Positions 1 to 11,271 of a stretch of DNA of 64,000 nt are shown piece by piece. The first letter of the stretch is position 1; each line of letters starts with the position of its first letter. Location: positions 23,684,001-23,748,000 of the forward strand of contig NC_042999.1 of the NCBI RefSeq assembly GCF_006345805.1, written 5' to 3'. The stretch is from Octopus sinensis. Its lineage: Eukaryota. The notes under the pieces are model-generated. The model saw only the letters and a list, made by a program, of their open reading frames with translations, was not told the origin of the DNA and ran no database searches. The position numbers were made by a program, and so were the translations under genes.

Positions 1-84
1 AAAACGGAGGAAAATGTGTGAATTTATGGAAGGATTTCAAGTGTATTTGTGATTCAGGCTTCCGAGGAAAACGTTGCGAAATAG
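1..84 (+). CDS. Gene A exon, EGF-like domain (5'-truncated by window edge)
   Basis: NGGKCVNLWKDFKCICDSGFRGKRCEI, followed by a phase-1 donor G|GTAAT. Confidence 0.85.
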
Positions 85-470
85 GTAATTTTTGGGAAGC
101 ATATTATTTACATGGTTGTTTGATACGCTCCCCACACTCTCTTTCCCTCTTACACACAGACATACACACACGTACCTTCGAAACACGGAGTAGACGAAAT
201 GGAGGCGGCTGAAAAAGGGGAATTTTCCTTGTGTTGTATGTCTTGCACCCTGTTTTTTCGTTGTTTAAAAAAAATGTCAGTTTCCATGGTTCTGTTTTTA
301 TGTTTTCGTTTCTCATTGTGTTGGACGTTTTTTTTTGTTGTCCTGTACCCATATATGCATGTATATATACATATAGATGTAGGTACGTACATATATGTAT
401 GTATATATGCATATGTTTTATTTATTATTTTGTTATATATATATATATCTTTGTTCATTTATTCACACAG

Positions 471-581
471 TTGATCCTTGCAGTAGTTCTCCATGTAAAA
501 ACAATGGAACTTGTATAAACGAAGGTTACGAGTTTAGATGCCAATGTCGAAGCGGCTTTCGAGGAGATCTCTGTTCTATAG
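471..581 (+). CDS. Gene A exon, EGF-like domain
   Basis: cacag|..|gtatg, 111 nt, phase 1-1; VDPCSSSPCKNNGTCINEGYEFRCQCRSGFRGDLCSI. Confidence 0.92.
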
Positions 582-956
582 GTATGTATAAATATCATCA
601 TCCTAAATTGATTAAACGACATCCATTATATCGTATGATCTATTTTAAATAATTTAATTAATGTATCCGTTCATTATAATACTTTCTGGGAGATTCACCG
701 TTAATATCCGGTCTGTGCTTGTTTTTGATCTTCGAAGAAGTGTTCTAAACACTTTTGGCTCATCAGTTTAAGAGGACTTCCTGCTAACGCATTGTTTCGG
801 CCTCGTTATGTGTCTCATCAGACGAAGCTACCACACGGCCGGGCCACTGAATGTCACAAGAGCATGAGCGTTTATTTATAGTAAATAGCTAACAAATTAT
901 TCATCTCTTATGTATATACGTACATATACACATTTATCTATTTTTTAAAAATATAG

Positions 957-1067
957 TTGATCCCTGCAGTAGTTCCCCCTGTAAAAACAATGGAATCTGT
1001 AAAAACAATGGATACGAGTTTAGTTGTCAGTGTCGAGACGGATTCAGAGGCGATGTCTGTAATATAG
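957..1067 (+). CDS. Gene A exon, EGF-like domain
   Basis: tatag|..|gtaag, 111 nt, phase 1-1; VDPCSSSPCKNNGICKNNGYEFSCQCRDGFRGDVCNI. Confidence 0.92.
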   Translation: MIPAVVPPVKTMESVKTMDTSLVVSVETDSEAMSVI

Positions 1068-1713
1068 GTAAGTATAAAAAGCATCACCGGAAATTATTTA
1101 AATGATTTATTGATTATATTGATGATAGAAAATTATCCTAAAATATTAACCATATCTTTTGCAGTTAATATTTATTGATTGTTGCATTTAGGAAAAATCA
1201 TAAACGACAAAGCTTATAAAACACACACCTGATATTTTTTATTCACTTATTTTTTTAAAGATGAGTTAACTGAAGACAATTGCCAGTGTTTTCGAAAGAT
1301 TTAGATTCTAGTTAAATGCAATAGCATTAGTTTCAGGACTTGGTTCATATAAAAATTCTTGTAAAACACATTGAAAATGTAAAACTCTTTATTTCAATAA
1401 TATATCTATTCATTCTTAATCCTTTCTGGCATCTTCGGACGTGAATATCGAATCCGCAATTGTTTTTCGTCACCGGAGGATGCTTCCTTCCTCTAGGTGA
1501 TGTGTATTCATAACAAACCTGATTCACCTGTTCACCGTTGTGAGAGGACTTCGAAACACTGTGGTGTTTCGACCTCGTTGAATGTCTGCTTGGTGAATGA
1601 TAGCCTACAGCCGGAATCGATTAATCTAGTAAAAGTGCGAGCTCTTGTTAATAGGAATCAGCAATGAAATAGTTCCCTGAAGCCTACACTAGTAATATCT
1701 TTTATATTTACTC

Positions 1714-2280
1714 GTAGGAGTGGCTGTGTGGTAAATAGCTTGCTTACCAACCACATGGTTCCCGGCTCAGTCCCACTGCGTGGCACCTTGGGCAAGTGTC
1801 TTCTACTATAGCCTCGGGTCGACCAAAGCCTTGTGAGTGGATTTGGTAGGCGGAAACTGAAAGAAGCCCGCCGTATATATGTATATATATATATGTATGT
1901 GTGTGCATATATTTGGGTGTCTGTGTTTGTCTCCCTCCCAACATCGCTTGATGCTGGTGTGTATACATCCCCGTAACTTAGCGGTTCGGCAAAAGAGACC
2001 GATAAAATAAGTACTGGGCTTAGAAAGAAAAGTCCTTGGGTCGATTTGCTCGTCTAAAGGCGGTGTTCCAGCATGGCCACAGTCACATGACTGAAATAAA
2101 TAAAAGACGATGCTGGTGTGTTTACGTCCCTGTAACTTAGCGGTTCGGCAAAAGAGACCGATAGAATAAGTACTAGGCTTAATGCATACAAAGAATAAGT
2201 CGTGGGGTCGATTTGCTCGACTAAAGGTAGTGCTTCAGCATGGCCACAGTCACATGACTGAAACAAGTAAAAGAGTAAAG
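1714..2280 (+). mobile_element. tRNA-derived CORE-like SINE (other copies: 7119, 21738-22172, 41940, 50066, 58022, 63016, 63522)
   Basis: tRNA-like head with A/B boxes, CORE-like ccttgggcaagt; 3' part tandemly duplicated in this copy. Confidence 0.8.
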
Positions 2281-2460
2281 GCTCAAAGGTAAAATTGTCT
2301 ACGGAGGGATTTGAACTAAGAATTTAAGGAGTTGGGGTTGAACTCAGAATGTTGTTTCAGGTTGAAGGGTAAAAACATAGAATAATAGATTACTGTCAAA
2401 TATTTTCTTCTGTATTAGTCATTATTTCTAACTCATGATTTCACTGAAATTCTTTTCCAG

Positions 2461-2571
2461 AACCACCTTGCTCGAGCAGTCCCTGTCAAAACGGAGGAAC
2501 ATGCACTAATGAAAATGACGATTTCAATTGTCAATGTCCACCTGTCTACAGAGGAAAAGACTGTTCCATAG
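2461..2571 (+). CDS. Gene A exon, EGF-like domain
   Basis: ttccag|..|gtaca, 111 nt; EPPCSSSPCQNGGTCTNENDDFNCQCPPVYRGKDCSI. Confidence 0.92.
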   Translation, partial: NHLARAVPVKTEEHALMKMTISIVNVHLSTEEKTVP

Positions 2572-3235
2572 GTACATCTAATCACATTTACATTTTCGGA
2601 CACATATGGAAGCTACTCATGCCCAGCTATGCACAACACCTAACGTGTTATAGATAGGGTGAAGTTATTCCATATAATTTATATTCACTTTTTTATGATT
2701 TTAAATTTTTCTGATGACACAATGTCGCCTATAATCTGTGAATGATATAGAGTAGATTACTATAGTTACTGATTTCTAATAACGAATCTAGGCAACAATG
2801 TAGTGTTTTTTTTTTATATGAAACACATATAATCTAGATTTACAACCATCCAAAGCATCCAGTGATGTACTATATATGTATTCATTAAGTGAAAAATGTA
2901 TTGTTTAGCTCAGTCCAGCTCCCTTTAAGCAGACTTATGATCAAGAACAACGCACCGACAATATCAGTGTCATAATTGTTTTTAGACATGATTTACATAG
3001 GACTGCATTATTTGATATTTTGTTCCTTATTTATAAAAGTAATGTATGATTTGAGGGAAATATAGGTGATATTTTAAGCAACGCACTTACATACACATAT
3101 ATATGTATACGAGCAAAACTCCCCCCGTCCAATGGACGGTGCTGAGTTGTCAAACATTTAAACCAAGTTTTCTCAAAACAACTTGTCCGACCGTCCCATA
3201 GGCCTCCCCTTTGAGAAACACTGATTTAACCTAAA

Positions 3236-3510
3236 TTTGAGACACCAGGAAAAGAAGAAATAACGATAGACATCTTTCGCGTACGCGTAGTATTGATCGC
3301 AACAGCTGATGTACTTGCGCGTACAAATGCACGTTCCCAGGGCTTTATCGATACATTCTCACCTGGAATCGATGTTTTGTAATTTTTTCAAGACTTATAC
3401 ACGCCCCGATACCGTCGGTATCTACATATCAAATTTGAGCGCAATCGGATGGAGGATGCCCGAGATCCTACAAGACACACACATAGACAGACAGAACGGA
3501 TTTTATATAA
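3236..3510 (+). mobile_element. Helentron/HINE-like non-autonomous element remnant
   Basis: caaatttgagcgcaatcggatg..acacacatagacagacag..ttttatata end pattern; recognised by pattern only. Confidence 0.4.
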
Positions 3511-3588
<78 letters not shown>

Positions 3589-3712
3589 CACATACACACA
3601 AAATAGTTTCTGTTAATAGAATAATTTGTGTTAGGTGTAAATTCAGAAATACATTTCGTTATTTCTAAGATTCGTGATCTATAAGTACTTTCACTTCCTT
3701 TGTCTTCTACAG

Positions 3713-3823
3713 TTGATCCCTGTCACATCAGACCTTGTAAAAATAATGGCAGCTGTATAAATAATGGAACATCTTACACCTGTGAATGTACTCCTTATTT
3801 TATTGGAAAAAGCTGCGATAAAG
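3713..3823 (+). CDS. Gene A exon, EGF-like domain
   Basis: ctacag|..|gtaaa, 111 nt; VDPCHIRPCKNNGSCINNGTSYTCECTPYFIGKSCDK. Confidence 0.92.
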
Positions 3824-4560
3824 GTAAACTTTGTCTTTTTATAAGCTAGTAAATGAAGTTAATTTTAATATTCTGTCACTTTCATTTTCCTCCTGCCATA
3901 TTCATGTAATAATGGTTTCGGATTTACGGGAGAGGAAATCGATACAATGAAACTTGTATTTGACTGGTACTTTATTATAGTGACAACGAATAAAAATGAA
4001 GCACAGCTGACCTCAGCGGGAATTGAACGTAAAGAACCACAGTAAATACCACAAAGTATTTTGTCTGACACTCAAACACTTCTGCCAAACCACCGCAGCA
4101 ACAACAATTTTTTATTTTTGATTTAGGTAATAAGCCAGTATTTTTTCTGGACATTTGACTGGCGTTTATTTAATCGATTCTGGAGGGATGAAAAATCAAG
4201 TCGGCCCGGTGGGATCCTAACTCAGAACGTATAGCACCCTAAATAAATGTCGCAAAGCATTTTGTTCGTCTCTTTAATGATTCTGCCAAACCACTGTTTT
4301 TAATAACAATGGCTTCTGATTTAGGTACTGGGCCAATGATTTTAGAGGGTAAGGTGTTATCCTGGAGTAATGAAAGGCAAAAAAGATCTCAATAGGATTT
4401 GAGCTCAGAACCTAAAGAATCGAGAGAACTACCACAAGGCATTTCGTCCGACGCTCTCACGATTCTGCTAGTTCGCCGCACTTGTAACAAAAGAAAAAAA
4501 ACCCCAATAGAAATCACAACAAAAACAATATTAATAACAATAAACTTGAATGATACCAGC

Positions 4561-4617
<57 letters not shown>

Positions 4618-4618
<1 letters not shown>

Positions 4619-5174
4619 GCCCTGATGCAGTACCAGACAGTGGCTCTCATGGCCTCTGATCTTAACTGATTGCAAGTGTTATCATGTACATTGTTTTGTC
4701 TTGGTATAAAGGATGGGCTACAGCAAATATTCTACTCAATACCACAGATTTGCTTGTCAGTTGTTTGACCTTAACCAGTTGAGCATGTCTCTTAGTGGCT
4801 GACGATATGTGCATCTCTGATCACAAGCAGAATTAGTGTGAGAGCATCATAGCCATGCGTTGACAGGGATTCTTTGGGGTTTGAATAATTCACCTCTGGA
4901 AACATGGGTGTTCCGTTCAACATATTTAAACAACCCTTATTCAGGGATCTTTTGAACGGGATGGGTTAATCGACTTGAAGAAAATTCTAACTGGGCCCCA
5001 CCTGCAAGGCCATGCGCTGTTTATCTTGATGAGATCACCATGTTGCGCACATATTGTTGTGATGCATGTGCCTAGTGTACCCTTATCAGACGGGTAGTCA
5101 TGGTGGGCATACTGGGCTTCGTATATTTAACCCCAGTGTCACTTTGATGGCATGCACTGCCCTCTCACTCACTC
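4618..5174. mobile_element. About 560 bp element embedded in an (AAT)n microsatellite
   Basis: GC-richer non-coding block flanked on both sides by (AAT)n runs (about 4558-4617 and 5175-5245). Confidence 0.6.
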
Positions 5175-5207
<33 letters not shown>

Positions 5208-5536
5208 TATAATAATAACAATAATAATAATAATAATAATAATAATGACTTTCTCTTAAAGGCACAAGGCCTGAAATCTTGAGGGAAGGTGTTAGTCGAT
5301 AACTCCGATCCCAATGCTCAACTGGTACTTATTTTATCGACCCCGAAAAGATGAAAGGCAAAGATAGTCTGGGCGGTATTTGAACCTGGGACGTAAAGCC
5401 AGATGGAATACTACTTAGAATTTTGCTCTGACATTCTAACGATTCTGCTAGCTCCCCCGCATTAACAACAACATTAGTTAAATGGAATAAATAATCTGTT
5501 TATAATCTATTATTTTCATTTTTCTGTCTTCAACAG

Positions 5537-5787
5537 CGAAACCAGACTGCTCTTGCATGACGTTTGGCAAAATGTTTTACCGGACATTCGATGACCAAAT
5601 GTTAAAGTTTAATGGTTCTTGCAGTGAAACTTTGGTGAAATCCTTGCCTGGAACCAACTATACAGGCTTTATAGTTAAAGTAATAAAAACAAAGGAGTAC
5701 TCTACTTCAGAGCCCACTGTCACTCGTATAGTGGAAACGAAGTTAGAAAACACCACCATTCGACTTTTGCCTTTCAATACAATATTG
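5537..5787 (+). CDS. Gene A exon, VWD domain N-terminal half (GDPH replaced by GKMF)
   Basis: caacag|..|gtaat, phase 1-0; AKPDCSCMTFGKMFYRTFDDQMLKFNGSCSETLVK...TIRLLPFNTIL; aligns with the gene B VWD exon. Confidence 0.88.
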
Positions 5788-5984
5788 GTAATATTATTCA
5801 TTTTCTTTGTTGTTGCTTTTAAAATCTGGATACTTATTTGATTATCTCCCTTCCTTTTATCACTGCCCGATATGTGTCGCTTTGTGTCTTTGCCTTTCTT
5901 ACTCCTTATATGGCCATTGTTACATGACACACATGACATTCAGGCGATACAAATTATGAAATATTTAAGCTGTAAATCTCGAAC

Positions 5985-6418
5985 ACTTTTGTAGTTTGTC
6001 CGTCGATGCGACGAAGACCGTCTAGTCATCCTGGGGTGGGGTGGGGTTGTTTTGTGAGTCCGCAGATGGCTAGTGGGGCCAATCTGCGCCCGAAAGAGTC
6101 TTTGACTGTGTAGACAGGGAATGGTAGCGCCTGCTACAGGGTTGTTAGCTCTGTTCTTCCTGGCTTTTCTGCGGTCTTCTGCAGCAGCGATCCTATTGGT
6201 CTCGCATGTGTTGGCACCCTTGTGGACAGCTGATTACCACCTTTCTGTGTCTAGAGCAGACTGGTCCCAAGTGTCATGGTCAATGTTGAAGGCTTTCAGA
6301 GAAGCTTTCAGTGTGTCCTTAAAGCGCTTCTTCTGGCCGCCTTGTGAGCGCTTTCCCTTTTGCAGCTCGCCAAAGAGCAATCTTTTTGGTAATCGATCGT
6401 CTGACATGCGAGCTACGT

Positions 6419-6420
<2 letters not shown>
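5985..6420 (-). mobile_element. RTE-clade LINE 3' fragment
   Basis: MSDDRLPKRLLFGEL..GKRSQGGQKKRFKDTLKASLK..IDHDTW.. plus a C-terminal zinc-finger-like remnant FRAQIGPTSHLRTH. Confidence 0.85.
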
Positions 6421-6464
<44 letters not shown>

Positions 6465-6688
6465 GTGTTTGTCCTCCCAGAACAGCTTGAAAGTTGGTAT
6501 TGGTGTGTTTCTGTCCCTGCAACCTAGCAGTTCGACAAAAGACACATACTAAAAGAAATAACTACTGTGGTGAATTTGTTCGATTAAAATTCTTCAAAGC
6601 GGTGCCTCCAGCATGGCCGTAGTCTAACGACTGAATCGAGTGAAAGATAGAAAGATCTAATCATGTCATATTTATTGATTTATTTCAG

Positions 6689-6957
6689 ATAAATTCTGAG
6701 GAAAGATCATTACCGTTAATAACCAAAGACTTCACAGTTCGATTATCTGTTGGCTGGATATCACTAACCACAGACTGGGGATTGACGGTAATGTACGATG
6801 GTGTACACCAAGCATACATCAAACTTCCAATATCATTTGCTGAAAAAGTAGAAGGCAATTGCGGAAACTGTAATGGAAAGAAAGATGATTTGCCGTCAAC
6901 ACCAAATGGTATAATTAAGGTTTACAGAAAAGGACTTCAAGTGCAGCCCAGAACTAC
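6689..6957 (+). CDS. Gene A exon, VWD domain C-terminal half
   Basis: tttcag|..|gtatgt, phase 0-2; INSEERSLP...TDWGLTVMYDG...VEGNCGNCNGKKDD. Confidence 0.9.
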
Positions 6958-7749
6958 GTATGTAACAAACTTGTTGTTTAATTATTTAATTTTGTCTTTC
7001 TCTCTCTCTTTCTCTTTGTCCTTCTATCAACCATTGCCACCCTCCCAACATCATCATCTCACCCCATTTTATATATATGTGTGTGTATAAGTTTCTTTGA
7101 ATGCATGTATATATACATAGGCGTAGAAGTGGCTGTGTGGTAAGTAGCTTGCTTACCAACCACATGATTCTGGGTTCAGTCCCAATGCGTGGCACCTTGG
7201 GCAAGTGTCTTCTACTATAGCTTTTTGGTGATGGCGCTTGTAAGAAGTGTTGAATTTGTGGAAGCGTTTATTTGGTAAATGTTCTTTGTTTCGTCTGCGA
7301 GGAGGTGTATGTTGGGTGATGTTTTAAGGATTTAGGGCAGCGAGTTGGCAGAAAAGGTAGCACGCTGGGCGAAATGCTTAACGGTATTTCGTCTGCCGTT
7401 ACGTTCTGAGTTCAAATTTCGCCGAGGTTGACTTTGCCTTTCATCCTTTCAGGGTCGATAAATTAAGTACCAGTTACGCACTGGGGTCGATGTAATCGAC
7501 TTAATCCGTTTGTCTGTCCTTGTTTGTCCCCTCTGTGTTTAGCCCCTTGTGGGTAGTAAAGAAATAGGTATTTCGTCTGCAGCTACGTTCTGAGTTCAAA
7601 TTCTGCCGAGATCGACTTTGCCTTTCATCCTTTCGGGGTCGATTAAATATGTACCAGTTACGCACTGGGGTCGATGTAATCGACTTAATCCATTTGTCTA
7701 CCCTTCTTCGTCCCCTCTTGTTTAGTCCATTGTGGGTAGTAAAGAAATA

Positions 7750-8700
7750 GGTTTAAGGATTTAAGGAAGGGATTGGAATAATACCCAAACCTTATCTTCC
7801 TTACAATGTTCCTTGAGCCAGTCTCAAAGTTCTGAAGGCCTTTCATATTTGGGGCGCACTTTCGGGATTTGAAACCGAATTTATCCGTAGTCGTAGTGGC
7901 GGATGAATTCTCGTAGCGTCCCAGTACATGCGCTTGATGGCACTTTCTGTCTTCTCCGTAAGTCGCATCAAATATGTGCGTACATGTGTATGCATGTGTG
8001 TGTGCGCGCATGTACGTGTGTGTGCGCGCACGCATGTCCGTTCATAGTGGCGTGCGTGCCCATATACAGATGCGTACGCTCGCAATAATACTGGCATGCA
8101 CGCAAAACTATATGAACGCGTCTACACGACCACATATACTAAATACATGCACATACCACCACTTCCTACTCCCCACAATAATCCGACCGATTTAAAGGAA
8201 CAGAATCAACAAAGCAAATAAATATAAAAGTATCCTACATATGTTTCAATCCGGTCATTAAATTCAGATCATCACCATTCAAGCGATGTTGGATGTAAAA
8301 TAACTCCATTTTATGTCCGGGTATCATCAGGGAGGATGTTTACTTTCCGGTGATGAGCAACGAAATAAATAAGATGAGGACCGTATTTTCAAACATTCAA
8401 ATAAATAACGTAAACAATAATTTATTAGGACGCCGAAATCGTGTGTGGAGATATTTTCTGACGAAATCTTGCTAAAAATAGTATAATGTATTTGAAAAAT
8501 AGGCTTATAAGTGTGAAGGGACATAAAGTAGTCCTTTGATTAGAATATGGGCTGTTATGGGCTGTTAAAAGTATTGGAGACAAATTGAGAGATGAAATAG
8601 ATTTTTGAGGGGGTAAAAATCAAGGGAGGGTCATCTTGTAGAGCACTATTTCATTCTGTTTCCAAATCTTCAACATGATATAAGTAGGAGAGATGCTTCA
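7750..8700 (-). mobile_element. Penelope-like element 5' fragment (pLTR + ORF start)
   Basis: Minus-strand translation LTEKTESAIKRM..KFGFKSRK..LQNFE..NIVRKIRF resembles PLE N-termini as recalled (not searched); hammerhead motif upstream. Confidence 0.6.
8233..8333 (-). ncRNA. Type I hammerhead ribozyme motif with extended stem II
   Basis: UCC-CUGAUGA-[76 nt branched stem II closed by CCGG/CCGG]-GAAAC-AUAU-GUA-GGA. Confidence 0.55.
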
Positions 8701-8961
8701 GTAAAATTAAGGAGGAAATTAATTACAATATGGCGGAAATTCATGGAATGCTTGTTTTTGTTTATGGAACGTTGCTAGTTTAAGAATTGATAAAAAGAGG
8801 AACTTTTCAGTGCTTACATACAATATAATAGCCCTTTCCAGAAAAATTCTTCTCTCTGAAAATGTTTTAAAGTAGTAGTCATTTGTTTACTATAAACAAT
8901 TGTATGTATCAAACGGTATTTCTGTATAATGGTTCATTTAGTTTTTGCTGTCTATTTTCAG

Positions 8962-9224
8962 CTGTAAGTCCGAAGCATTGACTGTGGAATGCAGTCAACC
9001 ATTGCAATGTGATACCATCTTTAAAAAACCAGAGTTTCAAAAATGTGTTCAAACTCTTGGTGAAGAAAATGTTGCTAAATTGCAAAAATCTTGTCGAGCC
9101 AGTCTATGTTCAGCGAAAAATAAAGAAGACGAGGCAGATAAACTTTGTGAAATACTTGAAGCCTTTTCAAGCGTTTGCGGAAAAGCAAGCATTGTTGTCA
9201 AATGGAGATCCGCAACATTTTGCC
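8962..9224 (+). CDS. Gene A exon, C8 domain
   Basis: tttcag|..|gtaag, phase 2-1; 9 Cys, ends in the VKWRSATFC motif. Confidence 0.9.
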
Positions 9225-9304
9225 GTAAGTTTCATACACACACACAACACACACACACACACACACACACACCACACACAAACGCACACACATATATAAA
9301 TATA

Positions 9305-9523
9305 CGAGAGGGTGCTGAAAGGTTCCTGCTTTTAAGGGTATCGCGAAAGGCTGTGTTGCGGGCCCAAACTTCAGAGTTCTTTTGCAGAGCTTAGAAAAAC
9401 TGAAGGACCACTGAAATAAGTGTGTGAATCTGAGAGGGGAATATACTGGATAGAATCATAATTAACTGATCCTTCTGTATTTTCTTTTACCCAAAGCCAG
9501 GAACTTTTCAGCACCCCCTCTTG
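9305..9523. mobile_element. Mariner-type MITE
   Basis: Imperfect TIRs of about 25 bp (cgagagggtgctgaaaggttcctg / caggaacttttcagcaccccctcttg) flanked by TA. Confidence 0.75.
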
Positions 9524-9554
9524 TATATATATATATATATATATAGCACTATCT

Positions 9555-10250
9555 CCTACAGGCACTTGATGTAGGCTTCCATGTTGAGTCTAAGGTCGTG
9601 TGGAAAGATGAATGGAGCCATAACTTCGCTGTCACTAAAGATCACTCCAAATACCATGATGTTGACTTCATGTTTGATTTTTATCACTCTCGGTACATGT
9701 TTTGGGGACACGGCAAGCCAACGCTTGTTCTTTGTGTTCACCATTTGACCCTAGCAGAAATTTTTGTCGTCTGAGAAAAATCAAAGCATGTTCAGTTGGA
9801 GGGGACACTTGAGTTTGTTCAAAAGCTTCGTAGCACAGTCTTTCCTCTTGTTCTTGATGGCTTGGGATATAAATTGGCCCTTTCTCATCAAGCACTACCT
9901 GCTTGATAAGAAACTCAGACACTCTGGTGTCGCTGGCGATGGACCAGATCGACTTGGATGGATCGTGGTCTGGATTTCACCAACAAATTCAGGAGTTCTT
10001 TTCTCATCAGAACGATCAGAGTAAATCTTCCGAGCTGCCGTATCTTCGTAATCACCATTAGGCTCCTCCAACTCTTTCCGAAATCCTCTGCACTGTCCTT
10101 AAATTGGCACGCAAACACTCTGAAATGTTCGTATTTTTTGGCTGAGTGAATTGCGTCATGGTGCTTTTTTTTCTCACATACGGTGCCCAACAAAATCAAA
10201 AACAAACAATGCACATATGCGAAATTTAAAATATAAAATGACGACAATTT
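9555..10250 (-). mobile_element. Decayed Tc1/mariner (maT/DD37D-like) transposase
   Basis: VPRVIKIKHEVNIMVFGVIFSDSEVMAPFIFPHDLRLNMEAYIKCL; fragmented frames. Confidence 0.7.
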
Positions 10251-10546
10251 ACCCATCGCACCCACCATGATAGATCGTTAGCCACTACACACATTTTTTT
10301 CTGTTCTTTTTTCTCTCCTTGTTTTTTCTGTGTCCCTTTCTGTAGAAGAGCGTAGGTTCGAAACGTAAAAGACTTTTTATATTCCCGAGCGTTATACTAA
10401 TACATCTGTTTGTTTTGTACACCATCTGTCTTCGTCTTTTGTTTTTTTTCGTAAACTCTCCCTATATATATATATATATATATAAGATAAAACTTACTTG
10501 GAACGGATGCGGGGCGTTCAATCATATAATAATATAAATAATATAT

Positions 10547-10589
<43 letters not shown>

Positions 10590-10616
10590 ATATATATATT
10601 TATTTATTTATTTATT

Positions 10617-11099
10617 TGTAAAAAGAAATTTGAAAACGCCACTGTATAAAATAAATTTTTATTTTCTTCGAGATTTTACATTTTTCGGTTCTTCCTAAAA
10701 AAACGAACCTTATCAAAAATATTTTAAAAAGTTAATTGTAATAAAAATGTTCATAATCATTTCTTACTAGTCTCAACAGAATCCACGTCTTGGTGTTATG
10801 CGGGAGGGGGAGCATAACGGCTGTCTTGTGCGTTGACTAGAATCGTTGGCTGTAATCGTGAAAGTGACCGTTGGTTGTAAAGCACTACCATTATGCTCCC
10901 TACCCCACCACAAAACACCACAACGGGCACTCTTTTGAGACAAGTAAGAAACAATTATGAACTTTTTTATTACACTTAACTTTTTAAAATATTTTTGCTA
11001 AGGTTCGTTTTTTTAAGAAGAACCGAAACGTAAAATCTCGAAGAAAATTAAAATTTATCTTATATATTGGCGTTTTCAAACTTCCTTTTTTATAAATAT
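10617..11099. mobile_element. Fold-back MITE with about 210 bp imperfect inverted arms
   Basis: 10617-10830 is the reverse complement of about 10885-11099; flanked by TA-rich repeats. Confidence 0.8.
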
Positions 11100-11132
11100 A
11101 TACCCATTCGTATTCCACCTACAATTGTATAA

Positions 11133-11178
<46 letters not shown>

Positions 11179-11271
11179 TTAGAGACAAAACCACTATTAT
11201 GCAAATCAAACAAAGAAAGACTTAATCCAATACATAAAAATGTTTATATAAATTAAATAAAATTAAGTTAT

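Noticed and set aside
1552-1575. 9-bp hairpin tcgaaacac-tgtg-gtgtttcga containing GAAAC
   Set aside because: No CUGAnGA core at a usable distance on either strand
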